Shown: positions 1-10,332, numbered from the stretch's first letter. The stretch is DNA of 64,000 nt from Chthoniobacter sp. (GCF_040003245.1 NZ_JBDUCX010000002.1:1519-65518); one strand, 5' to 3'. The notes: a model not told the origin generated them from the sequence alone. Numbers and translations are program-made.

Positions 1-335
1 GGAAGCGGGGGTTCCACTGCGACCTGCGACGGAGCGGGTTTTTTGCTGCGCAATTCGGCCACGGCCATCGGGATCGCGTCGGTGATCGACACGTGAACCA
101 GGCCCTTGGCCTTGTCGATCCAGCCTTCGGAAGTGAGTTTCTCCTGCGCTTCGTTCTCGAGGCGCGTGCGCACCTCGATGCGGCCGGCGGCGCGGCGCTC
201 CTCGAGAGTCTGTCCGCTCTTGCCGGAGAAAGCCAGGACGGCCACGGCGATCACCACCACGCCGAACAAAAGCGCGGTGACGCCGAGAAAACCGAGGAAG
301 CCGTTGGACGTGCGATGGGTAGATTCGGGCGCCAT
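1..335 (-). CDS. Partial small single-TM protein downstream of actF (ActG-like or oxidase-associated); runs off the window start
   Basis: Not in the ORF track. ATG at 335, 1 nt after the actF stop, reads MAPESTHRTSNGFLGFLGVTALLFGVVVIAVAVLAF...GWIDKAKGLVHVSITDAIPMAV, with no stop before position 1. Operon position fits ActG. Confidence 0.55.
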   Translation of the reverse strand, partial: MAPESTHRTSNGFLGFLGVTALLFGVVVIAVAVLAFSGKSGQTLEERRAAGRIEVRTRLENEAQEKLTSEGWIDKAKGLVHVSITDAIPMAVAELRSKKPAPSQVAVEPPL

Positions 336-336
336 A

Positions 337-1551
337 TCAATTGGTCAATTTCAGCGAGCCGAGGAGCCGCGGGTCGCGTGTCGGGAAAAGGAAGGACTTG
401 CCGATGTTCCGGAAGAACAGCCAGCCGAGGATGCCACCGACCGCCGCCAACGAGGTGAGATCGAAGATGCTGGGACTGAAGCCGGTGCGATGCAGGGCCG
501 GCAAAACGACGACGTAGATGTCGATGAGCTGCATAAACAAGATCCAGCAGGCCACCCAGTTGATCAGGTTCCATTTCTTGGTCATCTTCGTGTATTGGAA
601 GAGGAGCACCGGGAACGGCAGGAAGAAGCGGCAGACGACCAGCGCCTGGCTGAAGTACCACCACGATTCCGTGTTGCGCAGGCGGAAGTACATCGTCTCT
701 TCCGGGATGTTCGCGTACCAGATGAGCATGTACTGGTCGAAGCCGATGTAGGCCCAGAAAATCGTGAAGGCCAGCATGAACTTGCCCATGATGTGGTAGT
801 GCTCGTCGTTGACCACGCTGAGATAGCCCTGCTTCTTCAAACCCGTGACAATGAGCACGAGCAGCGACATCGAGCTGCCCGCGGCGCCGGCGAAGAGGTA
901 GACGCCCCACATGGTCGAGAACCAGTGGTAATCCAGGCCCATGAGCCAATCGACACCGGCAAAGGTGATGCACAGCGCGAGCGCGGGAATGCCGCCGACG
1001 CCAAACTTGCGCATGATCAAGGTATGCTTCGCCGCGCCGTCGGTATCCTGGGCGGTGGAGCGCTTCCAGAGCGTGGTGGCGATCCACGAGAGGAAGAAGA
1101 AATAGGCCACCGCGCGAATGTAGAAGAACTTGTGATTCAAGAATCCGCTCTTGCCATCGAGGAGCGGGTCTTCACCGGGCTGCATGTCCCACCACTTCCA
1201 CAAATCCTTCATGCAAAAGAGCAGGACGGGCAGGAAGATGATGGCGAAATACGGCAGGAGCTTGGCGATGTTCTCCATCTGCCGCCGGACGACGACCGAC
1301 CATTCCGCATCGGTGGCATGGTGCAGGCAGGTCCAGAAAAGGCCGCCGATGCAGATCGTGAAGAAGTAGAACGACGCGAACAGCCAGGAAAAGGCAAACT
1401 GCTGGTGCCACGCCGGAACGAAAAAGCCGATGAGGCTGCCGGCGATGCCGATGATGCCCACCGTGAGCAAGATCTTGGGCAGACCTCCCGCGTGCTTGGG
1501 ATCAAAGGTCTCCGGGGCGGGCGGAGTCGGTTCGTGAGAGTGGTCGCTCAT
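337..1551 (-). CDS. actF: Alternative complex III subunit F (NrfD-like membrane subunit)
   Basis: 404 aa polytopic membrane protein with WSVVVRR, DWLMGLDYHWFSTMWG and QYMLIWYANIPEET motifs; operon position. Confidence 0.9.
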   Translation of the reverse strand: MSDHSHEPTPPAPETFDPKHAGGLPKILLTVGIIGIAGSLIGFFVPAWHQQFAFSWLFASFYFFTICIGGLFWTCLHHATDAEWSVVVRRQMENIAKLLPYFAIIFLPVLLFCMKDLWKWWDMQPGEDPLLDGKSGFLNHKFFYIRAVAYFFFLSWIATTLWKRSTAQDTDGAAKHTLIMRKFGVGGIPALALCITFAGVDWLMGLDYHWFSTMWGVYLFAGAAGSSMSLLVLIVTGLKKQGYLSVVNDEHYHIMGKFMLAFTIFWAYIGFDQYMLIWYANIPEETMYFRLRNTESWWYFSQALVVCRFFLPFPVLLFQYTKMTKKWNLINWVACWILFMQLIDIYVVVLPALHRTGFSPSIFDLTSLAAVGGILGWLFFRNIGKSFLFPTRDPRLLGSLKLTN

Positions 1552-2228
1552 GGCTTGGATTGAAATTCCTTCTGCTTGGCCTCGGGCAGGTCAGCCAATT
1601 TAACGCTCTGGCTCTTTTGCAGCGTGCGCACGTAGGCGACGATGGCCCAGCGGTCCTCCACCGCGATGTTCGGGCCGTAGGCGCCCATGGTGTTCTTGCC
1701 GTTGGTGATCGTGGAGAAAATCTGGCCGTCCGGCATGGCGCGGATGCGGTCGTCCTGGAGATTGGCGATGGCCGCGATGCCAAACTGGCTGGTGATGCCA
1801 TTGGCCAGGCCCACTTTGCCGTGGCAGACCGCGCAATTGATATTGAACCGCTCCTGGCCGCGCTTGACCAGCGCTTCGGTCACATCCAGCGGGAAGCCGT
1901 CGCCGTAAACGTCGGCGAATTTGCCGGTGTTGTAATAGTTGGGCTCGTTGGTGAAGCCGGTTGGCTGGATGGTGCCATTCTTGGCGCCCGCCTGCAGGAA
2001 CGAACCAGGCAGGGTGTACCCCAACGGAATCGTGCCCGCGACCGGCCGGCGCGATGCGCTGCCATCCGCAAAGAACGTGCTCTCGTGCTGCGCGTCGTAA
2101 CGCGGCTGCTGCTTCATGTCCGGGAAGATCTGGATCTCCGGAAGGGCGCTATGCGTCCCGCGAAATCCGGCTAGAACGGCAATCGAAATGCCACCGAGAA
2201 TGAAGGCGATGAAAAAATAGCGAAGCAT
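1548..2228 (-). CDS. actE: ACIII subunit E, monoheme cytochrome c
   Basis: FPDM..QP motif, single CAVCH, distal Met in MGAY, DRWAIVAYVR; 4-nt overlap with actF. Confidence 0.88.
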   Translation of the reverse strand: MLRYFFIAFILGGISIAVLAGFRGTHSALPEIQIFPDMKQQPRYDAQHESTFFADGSASRRPVAGTIPLGYTLPGSFLQAGAKNGTIQPTGFTNEPNYYNTGKFADVYGDGFPLDVTEALVKRGQERFNINCAVCHGKVGLANGITSQFGIAAIANLQDDRIRAMPDGQIFSTITNGKNTMGAYGPNIAVEDRWAIVAYVRTLQKSQSVKLADLPEAKQKEFQSKP

Positions 2229-2230
2229 GA

Positions 2231-2776
2231 TCAGTCGTGGATAAGCGTGACGTGCTGGCCGCCGATTTCCTCGAGCAGGGTGCGGGTCTTGGTCTCCGAG
2301 AACTTCGGATCGCGCGCCTCGATGACGAGGAAGAAACCGTCATCGCTGACCCGGGAAAAACGCTCCCAGTTGAAGACCGGATGATACCACTTCGGAAGCT
2401 GGTTCATGATCATCAGCGAAAACACCGTGGTGAACGCCGAGAAGAGCACCGTCAACTCGAACATGATGGGGAAAAACGCCGGCAAGGTGCGCCAGTCGTA
2501 CGGTTTGCCATGCACGATGAGCGGATAGAGACCGAAGGACGGGATGCAGGTCAGGAGCACGGCGGTGAGCAAGCCGGTGGAACCGCCGATGAAGACCGGG
2601 GCGCTCAGCCAGGATTTGCCGAGGCCCATGGCTTTGTCCATACCGTGCACCGGGAACGGCGTGTGCACGTCCCACTTGGTGAACCCGGCGTCGCGGATTT
2701 TCTCAGCGGCCGTCATGAGCGAGGCCGCGCTGTCGAACTCGGCGCCGAGGCCGTAAACTTTACGATATTCAGCCAT
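2231..2776 (-). CDS. actD: ACIII subunit D (DUF3341)
   Basis: DVHTPFPVHG, FFPIMFELTVLFSA and DDGFFLVIEARDPKF motifs; start re-called to ATG 2776, just after the actC stop. Confidence 0.9.
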   Translation of the reverse strand: MAEYRKVYGLGAEFDSAASLMTAAEKIRDAGFTKWDVHTPFPVHGMDKAMGLGKSWLSAPVFIGGSTGLLTAVLLTCIPSFGLYPLIVHGKPYDWRTLPAFFPIMFELTVLFSAFTTVFSLMIMNQLPKWYHPVFNWERFSRVSDDGFFLVIEARDPKFSETKTRTLLEEIGGQHVTLIHD

Positions 2777-2777
2777 C

Positions 2778-4205
2778 TTAGTGTTGCCCCTCCTTGGCTG
2801 GGTGCGGGTGAGCATGCGGATCGGCGGCCGGGGTCACGGCCTTCACTTCGAAGGCGCAGATCATCGGCAGGAAGCGCATAAAGAGCAGGAAGAGAGAGAG
2901 GAAAATCCCGAAGGTTCCGCAGAACGTCCAGATCTCCACCCACGACGGGTGATAGTGATGCCAGGAGCTCGGCAGGAAATCCTGGGCGAGCGAGGTCACG
3001 ATGATCACGAAGCGCTCGAACCACATGCCCACGTTTACGAACATGGACACCACGAACACCCAGATGTAGTTCGTGCGGGTCGACTTGATCCAGAAGACCT
3101 GCGGCGAAATGACGTTGCAGAACATCATGCAGTAATAGGCCCAGGAGTACCAGCCTTTCCCGTGCACCCCGACGCGCGCCTCGAGGAAGGTGAAGAGCTC
3201 GTATTTGTTCTGCCCGTAATAGGCGATGAACAACTCCATCAAGTAGGCGTAACCCACGATCGTGCCGGTGAGCAGGATGATCTTGGCCATCTTGTCCACG
3301 TGCTGGCGCGTGACCATGTCGTCGAGCTGCGGATACAGCAGCCGCGCCGGAAGCATGATGGTCAGCACCATGGCGAAGCCGCCGAAAATCGCGCCCGCGA
3401 CGAAGTAGGGCGGGAAGATGGTGGTGTGCCAGCCGGGCAGAATGGACGTGGCGAAGTCGAAGGACACGACCGAGTGCACCGAGAGCACCAGCGGCGTCGA
3501 GAGACCTGCGAGGAGCAGATACGCCATTTCGTAGTGCCGCCACTGGCGATTCGAACCACGCCACCCGAGAGCGAAGAGGCCGTAGGCGAATTTCTTGACG
3601 CGCGACTTGGCCCGATCGCGCAGCGAAGCAAGGTCAGGAATGAGGCCCGTGTACCAGAAGAGCACGGACACCGTGAAGTAGGTCGAGACCGCGAACACGT
3701 CCCAGAGCAGCGGCGAACGGAAGTTCGGCCAGATGCCGTAGGAGTTCGGGATCGGCGCGAGGAACCACGCCATCCACACGCGGCCCACGTGAATGCCGGG
3801 GAAGATACCGGCGCAAATCACCGCGAAGAGCGTCATCGCTTCCGCGGCACGGTTGATCGAGGTGCGCCACTTCTGCCGGGTGAGGAAAAGGATCGCCGAG
3901 ATGAGCGTGCCGGCGTGGCCGATACCGATCCAAAACACGAAGTTCGTGATGTCCCACGCCCAGCCCACCGTCTTGTTTTCTCCCCACACCCCGACGCCGT
4001 TGGAGATCTGGTAACCGATGCAGGTCAAACCCACGAGCGCAAGCAGCACGCAGGGGATGAACATCAACCACCACCAGATCGGCGTGCGCGCCTCGACGAT
4101 CGTCGAGACGTTGTCCGTAATCCAGTGCAGGCTGCGCTCGTTGGTCACCAGCGGGACACGCTGGAGTTCCTTGGGCGTTTCGAGAGTGACGGCGGCTTCC
4201 GACAT
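2778..4205 (-). CDS. actC: ACIII subunit C (NrfD/PsrC quinol-oxidising membrane subunit)
   Basis: [47 protein letters not shown] and WFERFVII motifs. Confidence 0.95.
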   Translation of the reverse strand: MSEAAVTLETPKELQRVPLVTNERSLHWITDNVSTIVEARTPIWWWLMFIPCVLLALVGLTCIGYQISNGVGVWGENKTVGWAWDITNFVFWIGIGHAGTLISAILFLTRQKWRTSINRAAEAMTLFAVICAGIFPGIHVGRVWMAWFLAPIPNSYGIWPNFRSPLLWDVFAVSTYFTVSVLFWYTGLIPDLASLRDRAKSRVKKFAYGLFALGWRGSNRQWRHYEMAYLLLAGLSTPLVLSVHSVVSFDFATSILPGWHTTIFPPYFVAGAIFGGFAMVLTIMLPARLLYPQLDDMVTRQHVDKMAKIILLTGTIVGYAYLMELFIAYYGQNKYELFTFLEARVGVHGKGWYSWAYYCMMFCNVISPQVFWIKSTRTNYIWVFVVSMFVNVGMWFERFVIIVTSLAQDFLPSSWHHYHPSWVEIWTFCGTFGIFLSLFLLFMRFLPMICAFEVKAVTPAADPHAHPHPAKEGQH

Positions 4206-7200
4206 TACGCTTTGGTTTCTTTGGGCTCGGCGGCAGCTTCATGCTTTTCGCCACCGTGGTGAGGAGTTTTCATGGCCGCGCCGATTTTCTCCGCGCCGGG
4301 CATCTTGGGATTGGGATTGCGGATACGCGCCAGGTACGAGACGCGCGCCGAGATATTCAAATACTCGAGCAACCGGTAGCCGCGCTCGCTCTCCTTGAGT
4401 TTCGCCACGCTGCTCTTGGGATTGTTGATGTCGCCGAAGGTGATGGCATCCGCCGGGCAAACCTGCGCGCACGCCGAGGTGAAGGCGTCCGCCGGAATCT
4501 TGTATTCCGCGGAATCGCGGGCCGCCACTTTCGCGGCGATCTTCGCTTCCTGGATGCGCTGCACGCAGAAGGTGCATTTTTCCATGACGCCGCGCATGCG
4601 CACGGTGACGTTCGGATTCTTCTCCATCTTGATCGTGTCCTCGGTGCCCTTCGGCGCGATGAGGTTCCACTTGTGGAGACCGGTGAACCAGCCGCCATTC
4701 TTGCTGCCCATGGCGTCGCGCTGGTTGTAATCGAAAAAGTTGAACCGGCGCACCTTGAACGGGCAGTTGTTCGCGCAATAGCGCGTGCCGATGCAGCGGT
4801 TGTAGACCATCACGTTCAGGCCGTCTTCGCTGTGCACCGTGGCATTCACCGGGCACACGGTTTCACACGGCGCATTCTCGCAGTGCTGGCACATCATGGG
4901 CTGCGAGATCATCTCCGGGTCGGGATCGTTCTCGTCCACGCTGGCGAAATAACGGTCCGTGCGAATCCAGTGCATTTCGCGGCCGTTGATGACCTGTTCC
5001 TTGCCGACGATCGGAATATTGTTTTCCGCCTGGCAGGCGACCATGCACGCGGAACAACCGGTGCACGCATTCATGTCGACGACCATGCCCCAGCCGTGCG
5101 AATCCCAGTTGTGATTCGCGGCGTGCTCGGGATCCTGGGGATTGTTGAGCGGCGGATGGCTGTAGAGCGAAATGTTCGGCGGGATGTGCGCATCCATGCC
5201 CATCGTCTTGGCGAAATCGGGCTTGGCCTTGTACTCACTCACCGTTGCCTCGCGGGTCAGGTCGCCCCCGCGGCCTTCGAGCGCGAAATGCTCCTGCGTG
5301 AGCGCCAGCTTGTAGTGCTTGCCGGTCACCCGCAGCTTCGCGCCGACCGCAAAGTAAGGCTCGGCGGTCGTCCGCAGCGGATAGGCATTGAAACCGGTGG
5401 TGTCACCCACCTTGCCCACCACACTCCGGCCGTAGCCCAGCGGAATGGTCACGGAATTGTCGGCATGACCCGGCGCGATGATGATCGGGATCGAAAGCGA
5501 ACGCTTCTCGAGCAGGATCTGCACGATATCGCCCATCTCCACATCGAGCTTCTTCGCCGTGGCCAGGCTGATCTGCGCGGCGTTGTCCCACGTCAGCTTG
5601 GTGATCGGATCCGGAATTTCCTGCTGCCAGCCGTTGTTGTTGTAGCGGCCATCGTCCACCTTCGGGCAAGCCGTGAAGACCACTTCATAGGAGTCTTCGC
5701 CACCAGCCGGGGTGCTGAACTTGTCGGTGATGTACTGCGCCGCCGAGGCGCCGTTGTAAGTCAGCGTTTCGACCTTCGCCGCGCTGTCCGCCAGGAAGCC
5801 ATCATGCAGGAATTTCGACCACGCGGTCACAAAATCCGCCGGCTTGGCGATTTCCTTGAAAGTATCCTGGATCAACTCCGGTCCCGCGGGCTTCGCCAGT
5901 CCAGCGATCTTGGCCAGCAGGTCGAGTTCGCTCCACGCACCGAAGAGCGGGAGAATCATCGGCTGCACGGAAACGTAGCTGCCATCGGAGGCACGCCCGT
6001 CACCCCAGAATTCGAGGTAGTGCGCGAGCGGCACATTCCACTTCGACAGTTGCGACGTCTCGTCGATCTCCTGCCCGAGGCGAATCACCGTGGGCACCGA
6101 CTTCTGCAAGGCCGCCCAGTCGAGATCGGCCGGGGCATTGTAAACCGGGTTGCCGCCGACGATGAAGAGCGTCTGGATCTTCTTGTCATTGATCAACGGG
6201 ACCAATTCCGCAATCGAACCCATCGCCGCACCCGTCTTGCGGCCCGTGATCGTCTTGCCGATGTTGCCGAGCGCCGCATTGATGGCCGCGACCAGCACCT
6301 GGACCGCCGCCGGTTGCCGCGAACCCACCACGACGAGGCACTTGCCCTTCGCCGCCACGAGATCCTCGACGCAATACTTGATCCAATCGCCGCCGTCGTA
6401 CTTGGCCGCGGAAGCCGCAATGGTCTTGACCACGCCACCGAGGGCCGCGTCATTCGTGGCACCGGCGATCGCCGAGGCCAGCGCGAGCGCAAAGGCCCCG
6501 ATCTGGCTGGCCGGCAAACGCAGGCGATGGTCCGACATGCCGCCGGTCACCGTGTAGCGGTTCTCGACCACGTACAGCCGGTTCATCTTCGAGTCCGGCC
6601 CCGTCACCTTGCGGCGCGAGGAAAAGGCCCGGACCTGGCTGATGTCGCCATCACTACCGAGAAAATCACTGTCCAGCGAGAGCACCACGTCCGCCTTGTC
6701 AAACTGCGGGAGCGCCTCCACACCCTTGCCAAAAGCTTCGTCCGTGGCCACCGGGCCCAGCGGCTCGTAAACCGCCCAGGTGGCTTTCGGATACTTCTTC
6801 CCGATCAAGCCCTGCAAACGCAGGCGGGTCGGCGAATTGTCATCCTGCAACAGGAACGCCAGCCCGGAGCCGTCGCCGGCGTCCTTGAGAATTTCGTCCA
6901 GCGCCTTCTCGAACGCTGCTTCGTCCACCACCACGCCATCCCGGGTGATCTTCTTGGCGCGGTCCGGATCGTAGAGATCGAGGACCGAGGACTGCGAAAA
7001 GCTGTCCGTCGCTCCCTTGCTCACTGCGTGCAGCGGGTTGCCTTCGATCTTCGTCGGACGCCCGTCGTGCGTCGTCGCCACCAGCGGAGCATAGCCACGG
7101 CGCGTGGGCCGGGCGGTGGTGAAAAACAGGGGTTTGCCCGGGATCGACCATTCGACACCGCGGGTGAACGGCACGAGGTGCAACGTCGGGCGGCGGCAGG

Positions 7201-7414
7201 CCGTGAGGCCCAGGCCAGCCAGCGCCGTCGAGGCGCCCATCAGCTTCAGAAAGTTCCGGCGCGTCACATCGCCGCCCTGCAATTCTGCGGCGCCTTGCGG
7301 GAACTCGCGTTCCAGCCAGCCGCGGAATTCCGGCGTATCGGACAACTGCCCGAGGGAACGCCAGTACTTTTTGCCGGTCAACGGCTCCGAGGGATGCTCA
7401 AAAATTCGTTTCAT
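4205..7414 (-). CDS. actB: ACIII subunit B (molybdopterin-oxidoreductase-like domain plus Fe-S domain)
   Basis: KKYWRSL, Tat motif TRRNFLK, lipobox [14 protein letters not shown]; Fe-S motifs [47 protein letters not shown]. Confidence 0.95.
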   Translation of the reverse strand: MKRIFEHPSEPLTGKKYWRSLGQLSDTPEFRGWLEREFPQGAAELQGGDVTRRNFLKLMGASTALAGLGLTACRRPTLHLVPFTRGVEWSIPGKPLFFTTARPTRRGYAPLVATTHDGRPTKIEGNPLHAVSKGATDSFSQSSVLDLYDPDRAKKITRDGVVVDEAAFEKALDEILKDAGDGSGLAFLLQDDNSPTRLRLQGLIGKKYPKATWAVYEPLGPVATDEAFGKGVEALPQFDKADVVLSLDSDFLGSDGDISQVRAFSSRRKVTGPDSKMNRLYVVENRYTVTGGMSDHRLRLPASQIGAFALALASAIAGATNDAALGGVVKTIAASAAKYDGGDWIKYCVEDLVAAKGKCLVVVGSRQPAAVQVLVAAINAALGNIGKTITGRKTGAAMGSIAELVPLINDKKIQTLFIVGGNPVYNAPADLDWAALQKSVPTVIRLGQEIDETSQLSKWNVPLAHYLEFWGDGRASDGSYVSVQPMILPLFGAWSELDLLAKIAGLAKPAGPELIQDTFKEIAKPADFVTAWSKFLHDGFLADSAAKVETLTYNGASAAQYITDKFSTPAGGEDSYEVVFTACPKVDDGRYNNNGWQQEIPDPITKLTWDNAAQISLATAKKLDVEMGDIVQILLEKRSLSIPIIIAPGHADNSVTIPLGYGRSVVGKVGDTTGFNAYPLRTTAEPYFAVGAKLRVTGKHYKLALTQEHFALEGRGGDLTREATVSEYKAKPDFAKTMGMDAHIPPNISLYSHPPLNNPQDPEHAANHNWDSHGWGMVVDMNACTGCSACMVACQAENNIPIVGKEQVINGREMHWIRTDRYFASVDENDPDPEMISQPMMCQHCENAPCETVCPVNATVHSEDGLNVMVYNRCIGTRYCANNCPFKVRRFNFFDYNQRDAMGSKNGGWFTGLHKWNLIAPKGTEDTIKMEKNPNVTVRMRGVMEKCTFCVQRIQEAKIAAKVAARDSAEYKIPADAFTSACAQVCPADAITFGDINNPKSSVAKLKESERGYRLLEYLNISARVSYLARIRNPNPKMPGAEKIGAAMKTPHHGGEKHEAAAEPKETKA

Positions 7415-8145
7415 CGATGACAGCCGGCGCAGTTTTTATCTGGTGGATTGATGTGCCACTTGTCCCGCAGGGTGGAACCGATGTCCTCCTGCGTGAGTTT
7501 GACCGTGGAGTTCGAGAAATCGTGGGCGTCCTTGCCGGGCGGCAGACCAAAGGTCGCCACAAATTTTTTCACGTCCTCATCCTCGGGCTTCCAGTTCAAG
7601 TTGGTGATCTGGTTCAGCGGGCGGAGCGCGCCGGCCGGGTCGCGATGGCAATTCAGGCACCAGTCCATCGAGTGCGGCTTGTCGTGATACACCACCGCCA
7701 TCTCATTGACCTTGCCGTGGCAGCTCACGCAGCTCACCCCGCGGTTCACGTGCGCCGAGTGGTTGAAGTAGACGAAATCCGAGGTCTTGTGAATCTGCAC
7801 CCATTCCATCGGCTTGCCGGTGGCCCAGGAGTCGCGGATCGGGGCCAGCTTCGGGTTATCCCGCTGCACCTGCGTGTGGCAGTTCATGCATACCTGGGTG
7901 GTCGGGATGTTCGAGTGGGCGGCCACTTCCACGAAGCTGTGGCAGTAGCGGCAATCCATGCCGAGCTGGGCGACATGCACGTCGTGCGGGAAAGGAACCG
8001 GTTGGGCGGGCTGATAGCCGACCCGGGTGTATTTGGGAGTAAAGTAATACCACATGCCCAGCGAAACGGCGTTCGCGAGCACCAGCACGCAAACCACGAG
8101 TTTGATGGGCAGGATATTGCTCCCGCGCGGAAAAATGTTCGCCAT
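7411..8145 (-). CDS. actA: ACIII subunit A, pentaheme cytochrome c
   Basis: N-terminal TM, QPVPFPH, five CxxCH (CRYCH, CMNCH, CVSCH, CLNCH, CAGCH). Confidence 0.93.
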   Translation of the reverse strand: MANIFPRGSNILPIKLVVCVLVLANAVSLGMWYYFTPKYTRVGYQPAQPVPFPHDVHVAQLGMDCRYCHSFVEVAAHSNIPTTQVCMNCHTQVQRDNPKLAPIRDSWATGKPMEWVQIHKTSDFVYFNHSAHVNRGVSCVSCHGKVNEMAVVYHDKPHSMDWCLNCHRDPAGALRPLNQITNLNWKPEDEDVKKFVATFGLPPGKDAHDFSNSTVKLTQEDIGSTLRDKWHINPPDKNCAGCHR

Positions 8146-8678
8146 GCCTAGATTTTTTCGGAGCTTCGGGAGTGGTGGAATTCAGCGTTTTGCATGCAGC
8201 GGGAAAACGGGTGAAGGCAACATTGTGATTTCATGGAAGGCATTGCAAGCGCAGTTTGTGAAAAATTTCACAAGCCACCCCTCCACGCCAAAAACGCGGA
8301 CGCTTTTCTCAAAAAGGGCCGCGATTTTTTGGCCGTCCGCCCCCCGAAGCAAGATCAAAAATGCGCCATTCCTGCGGCAAAGCCCCTCGCGCCCGCCGCC
8401 TCCCCGATAGGGACGCCGCCCCACAGTGGACGTCCTCGACCAGCAGCCGATTCCATCGTCTTCCATCTTCCATATTCCATTCCCCCTTTCCCCGTCCCAC
8501 CCCCGCCTTTCGCCTTTCCCTTCACCCCCGCCCTCTCCATCCTCCACTGGTGGTCACGGCTGAACTGAAATCCTCCCTGGAAAAATTCGTCCTCCCGGAA
8601 AAACTCAGCCCTGCATTTCACGCGATGCCGGAATCCTTACCCGATTTCGACAAAACTGGCGTCAAACCGATAAAAACC

Positions 8679-9773
8679 ATGGCAGAATCACAACATCTCG
8701 AGATCTTGGAGAGCGGCGTTGAGGCGTGGAACGAGTGGCGGAATGACAACCCGCAGGTGGTTCCCGATCTTCGTGGTGCGGACCTGAGCGACGGAGAATA
8801 TACGACTTACGATCCTGATGCTGGACTCATCGGAATCAACCTTGAAGGGGCAGACCTCAGAAACGCAAAGCTACGCGATGCTGACCTTTTTGAGGCCAAT
8901 ATGAGGTATGCCAATCTTGAAGGTGCTGATTTGTGTGGGGCTGGAATGAGCATGGCGGACTTAATCCGCACAAATTGCCAAGGCGCCCATCTACAAATGA
9001 CGGATCTGACCAACTCGCTATTATTTCAAGCAAAGCTTGTCGAATCAGACCTATGGCGAACTAACTTTTCGTGTGCTTGGCTCACGGAAACGGATTTCTC
9101 TAAGTCACGAATAGAAGGTACAATCTTCGACGAGGTCGATCTCAGTGAAGCGCGTGGACTCGAGACTGTCCGCCATAGCGGCCCGTCGGTAATTGGCATC
9201 TCTACCATTTACGCCTCGAAAGGTCGCATTTCGGAAGTTTTCCTTCGTGGATGCGGCGTGCCGGAAAGCCTCATCGACTATCTCCCCTCACTCGTCGGAG
9301 CGCAAGAAGGCATCCGGTTCTACTCCTGCTTCATTTCCTACAGTTCCGAAGACGAAGAATTCGCTAAGCGACTGCACAGTAAAATGCGAGACGCTCATTT
9401 GCGCGTCTGGTTTGCGCCGGAAGACATTCAGGGTGGAAAAAAGCTGCACGAGCAGATCGAGACGGCGATCCGCATTCATGACAAGCTGCTCATCGTCCTC
9501 TCCGAGGCGAGCCTCCAAAGCGAATGGGTGATGACCGAATTGCGTAAGGCCTTCAAAGCCGAGCGGCGGGAGGGGAAACGCAAACTTTTTCCCGTGCGAC
9601 TGGTGGACATGGAGACGATCAAGGCGTGGGAATGCTTCGATGCCGACAGCGGCAAGGATCTCGCCACCGAGCTGCGCGAATACTTCATCCCCGATTTCTC
9701 GCACTGGAAGGACCACGACAAGTTCGAGGAGTCATTCACCAGGCTGCTCAAAGATCTCAAGGCCAACGCGTAG
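8679..9773 (+). CDS. Pentapeptide-repeat protein with C-terminal TIR domain
   Basis: Start re-called to ATG 8679 (MAESQHLEILESGVEAWNEWR). A(D/N)L-type pentapeptide repeats, then TIR motifs CFISYS..D..FA.RL, VWFAPEDIQGG, LLIVLSEASLQSEWVMTEL. Confidence 0.88.
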   Translation: MAESQHLEILESGVEAWNEWRNDNPQVVPDLRGADLSDGEYTTYDPDAGLIGINLEGADLRNAKLRDADLFEANMRYANLEGADLCGAGMSMADLIRTNCQGAHLQMTDLTNSLLFQAKLVESDLWRTNFSCAWLTETDFSKSRIEGTIFDEVDLSEARGLETVRHSGPSVIGISTIYASKGRISEVFLRGCGVPESLIDYLPSLVGAQEGIRFYSCFISYSSEDEEFAKRLHSKMRDAHLRVWFAPEDIQGGKKLHEQIETAIRIHDKLLIVLSEASLQSEWVMTELRKAFKAERREGKRKLFPVRLVDMETIKAWECFDADSGKDLATELREYFIPDFSHWKDHDKFEESFTRLLKDLKANA

Positions 9774-9825
9774 CCTTTTCTCTCGTGGAAAAGTATAACC
9801 TTCAGCTCACCGACACCGACCAGCC

Positions 9826-10047
9826 ATGAAAGACTATCACATCAATATCTTCTACAGCGACGAGGACGGTGGTTACATTGCCGACCTTCCCGATTTGCCG
9901 CATTGCTCCGCCTTTGGCGCGACACCGGCGGAAGCCCTCGCCGAAGCCGAGCAGGCCCGGCAGGCCTGGCTCGAAGCGGCCCGCGCCGAGGGCAAGCCAA
10001 TCCCCGAACCCCGCTACCGCCCGGCGATTTACCAACTCGCCTCGTAG
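9826..10047 (+). CDS. hicB: HicB-family antitoxin, short form without DNA-binding domain
   Basis: 73 aa; DEDGGYIADLPDLPHCSAFGATPAEALAEAEQA..WLEAARAEGKPIPEP is the HicB RNase H-like fold pattern. Confidence 0.8.
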   Translation: MKDYHINIFYSDEDGGYIADLPDLPHCSAFGATPAEALAEAEQARQAWLEAARAEGKPIPEPRYRPAIYQLAS

Positions 10048-10105
10048 CCATCCGCCTCGCGGGGCTCCACTTGCTGATTTATTCGGATGACGCCAATATC
10101 CTCCT

Positions 10106-10327
10106 ATGAGCACTGTCGCCGATATCATCGATGCCGTGCAGCATCTCACCGATGAAGAGAAGGATGACTTTCTCGAAAAGCTGCGGGAGATCGAATTTGA
10201 GGATGTGTGGGAACGGCAGATGCAGGGCGATGCCAAGGCCGGCAAACTTGACTTCCTGATACGCGAGGCGGATGAAGCGATTCGGGGCGGGACATTGCGT
10301 GACTGGCCGGGTAAAGCGGGCCAATAA
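10106..10327 (+). CDS. Small acidic antitoxin-like protein
   Basis: 73 aa, MSTVADIIDAVQHLTDEE...WERQMQGDAKAGKLDFLIREA; resembles from memory small proteins that precede RelE/ParE-like toxins. Confidence 0.55.
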   Translation: MSTVADIIDAVQHLTDEEKDDFLEKLREIEFEDVWERQMQGDAKAGKLDFLIREADEAIRGGTLRDWPGKAGQ

Positions 10328-10332
10328 AATCC

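Noticed and set aside
106-8151. Long plus-strand ORFs (106-1563, 2781-4262, 4241-7420, 7417-8151)
   Set aside because: Antisense shadows of the act genes, typical of GC-rich coding DNA; no motifs. The same applies to mirror ORFs such as 11579-13054, 14250-16448, 19303-20832, 41055-42614, 42580-43827, 45701-47032, 49152-50711 and 56733-58247.
8646-8668. TTCGACAAAACTGGCGTCAAA resembling the operator-like palindrome at 10818
   Set aside because: Needs two gaps to align and the symmetry is broken; likely coincidence
8361-8678. 106-aa N-terminal extension of the TIR ORF
   Set aside because: Translates the low-complexity C/T tract into S/P/R-rich junk; the family-like N-terminus starts at ATG 8679
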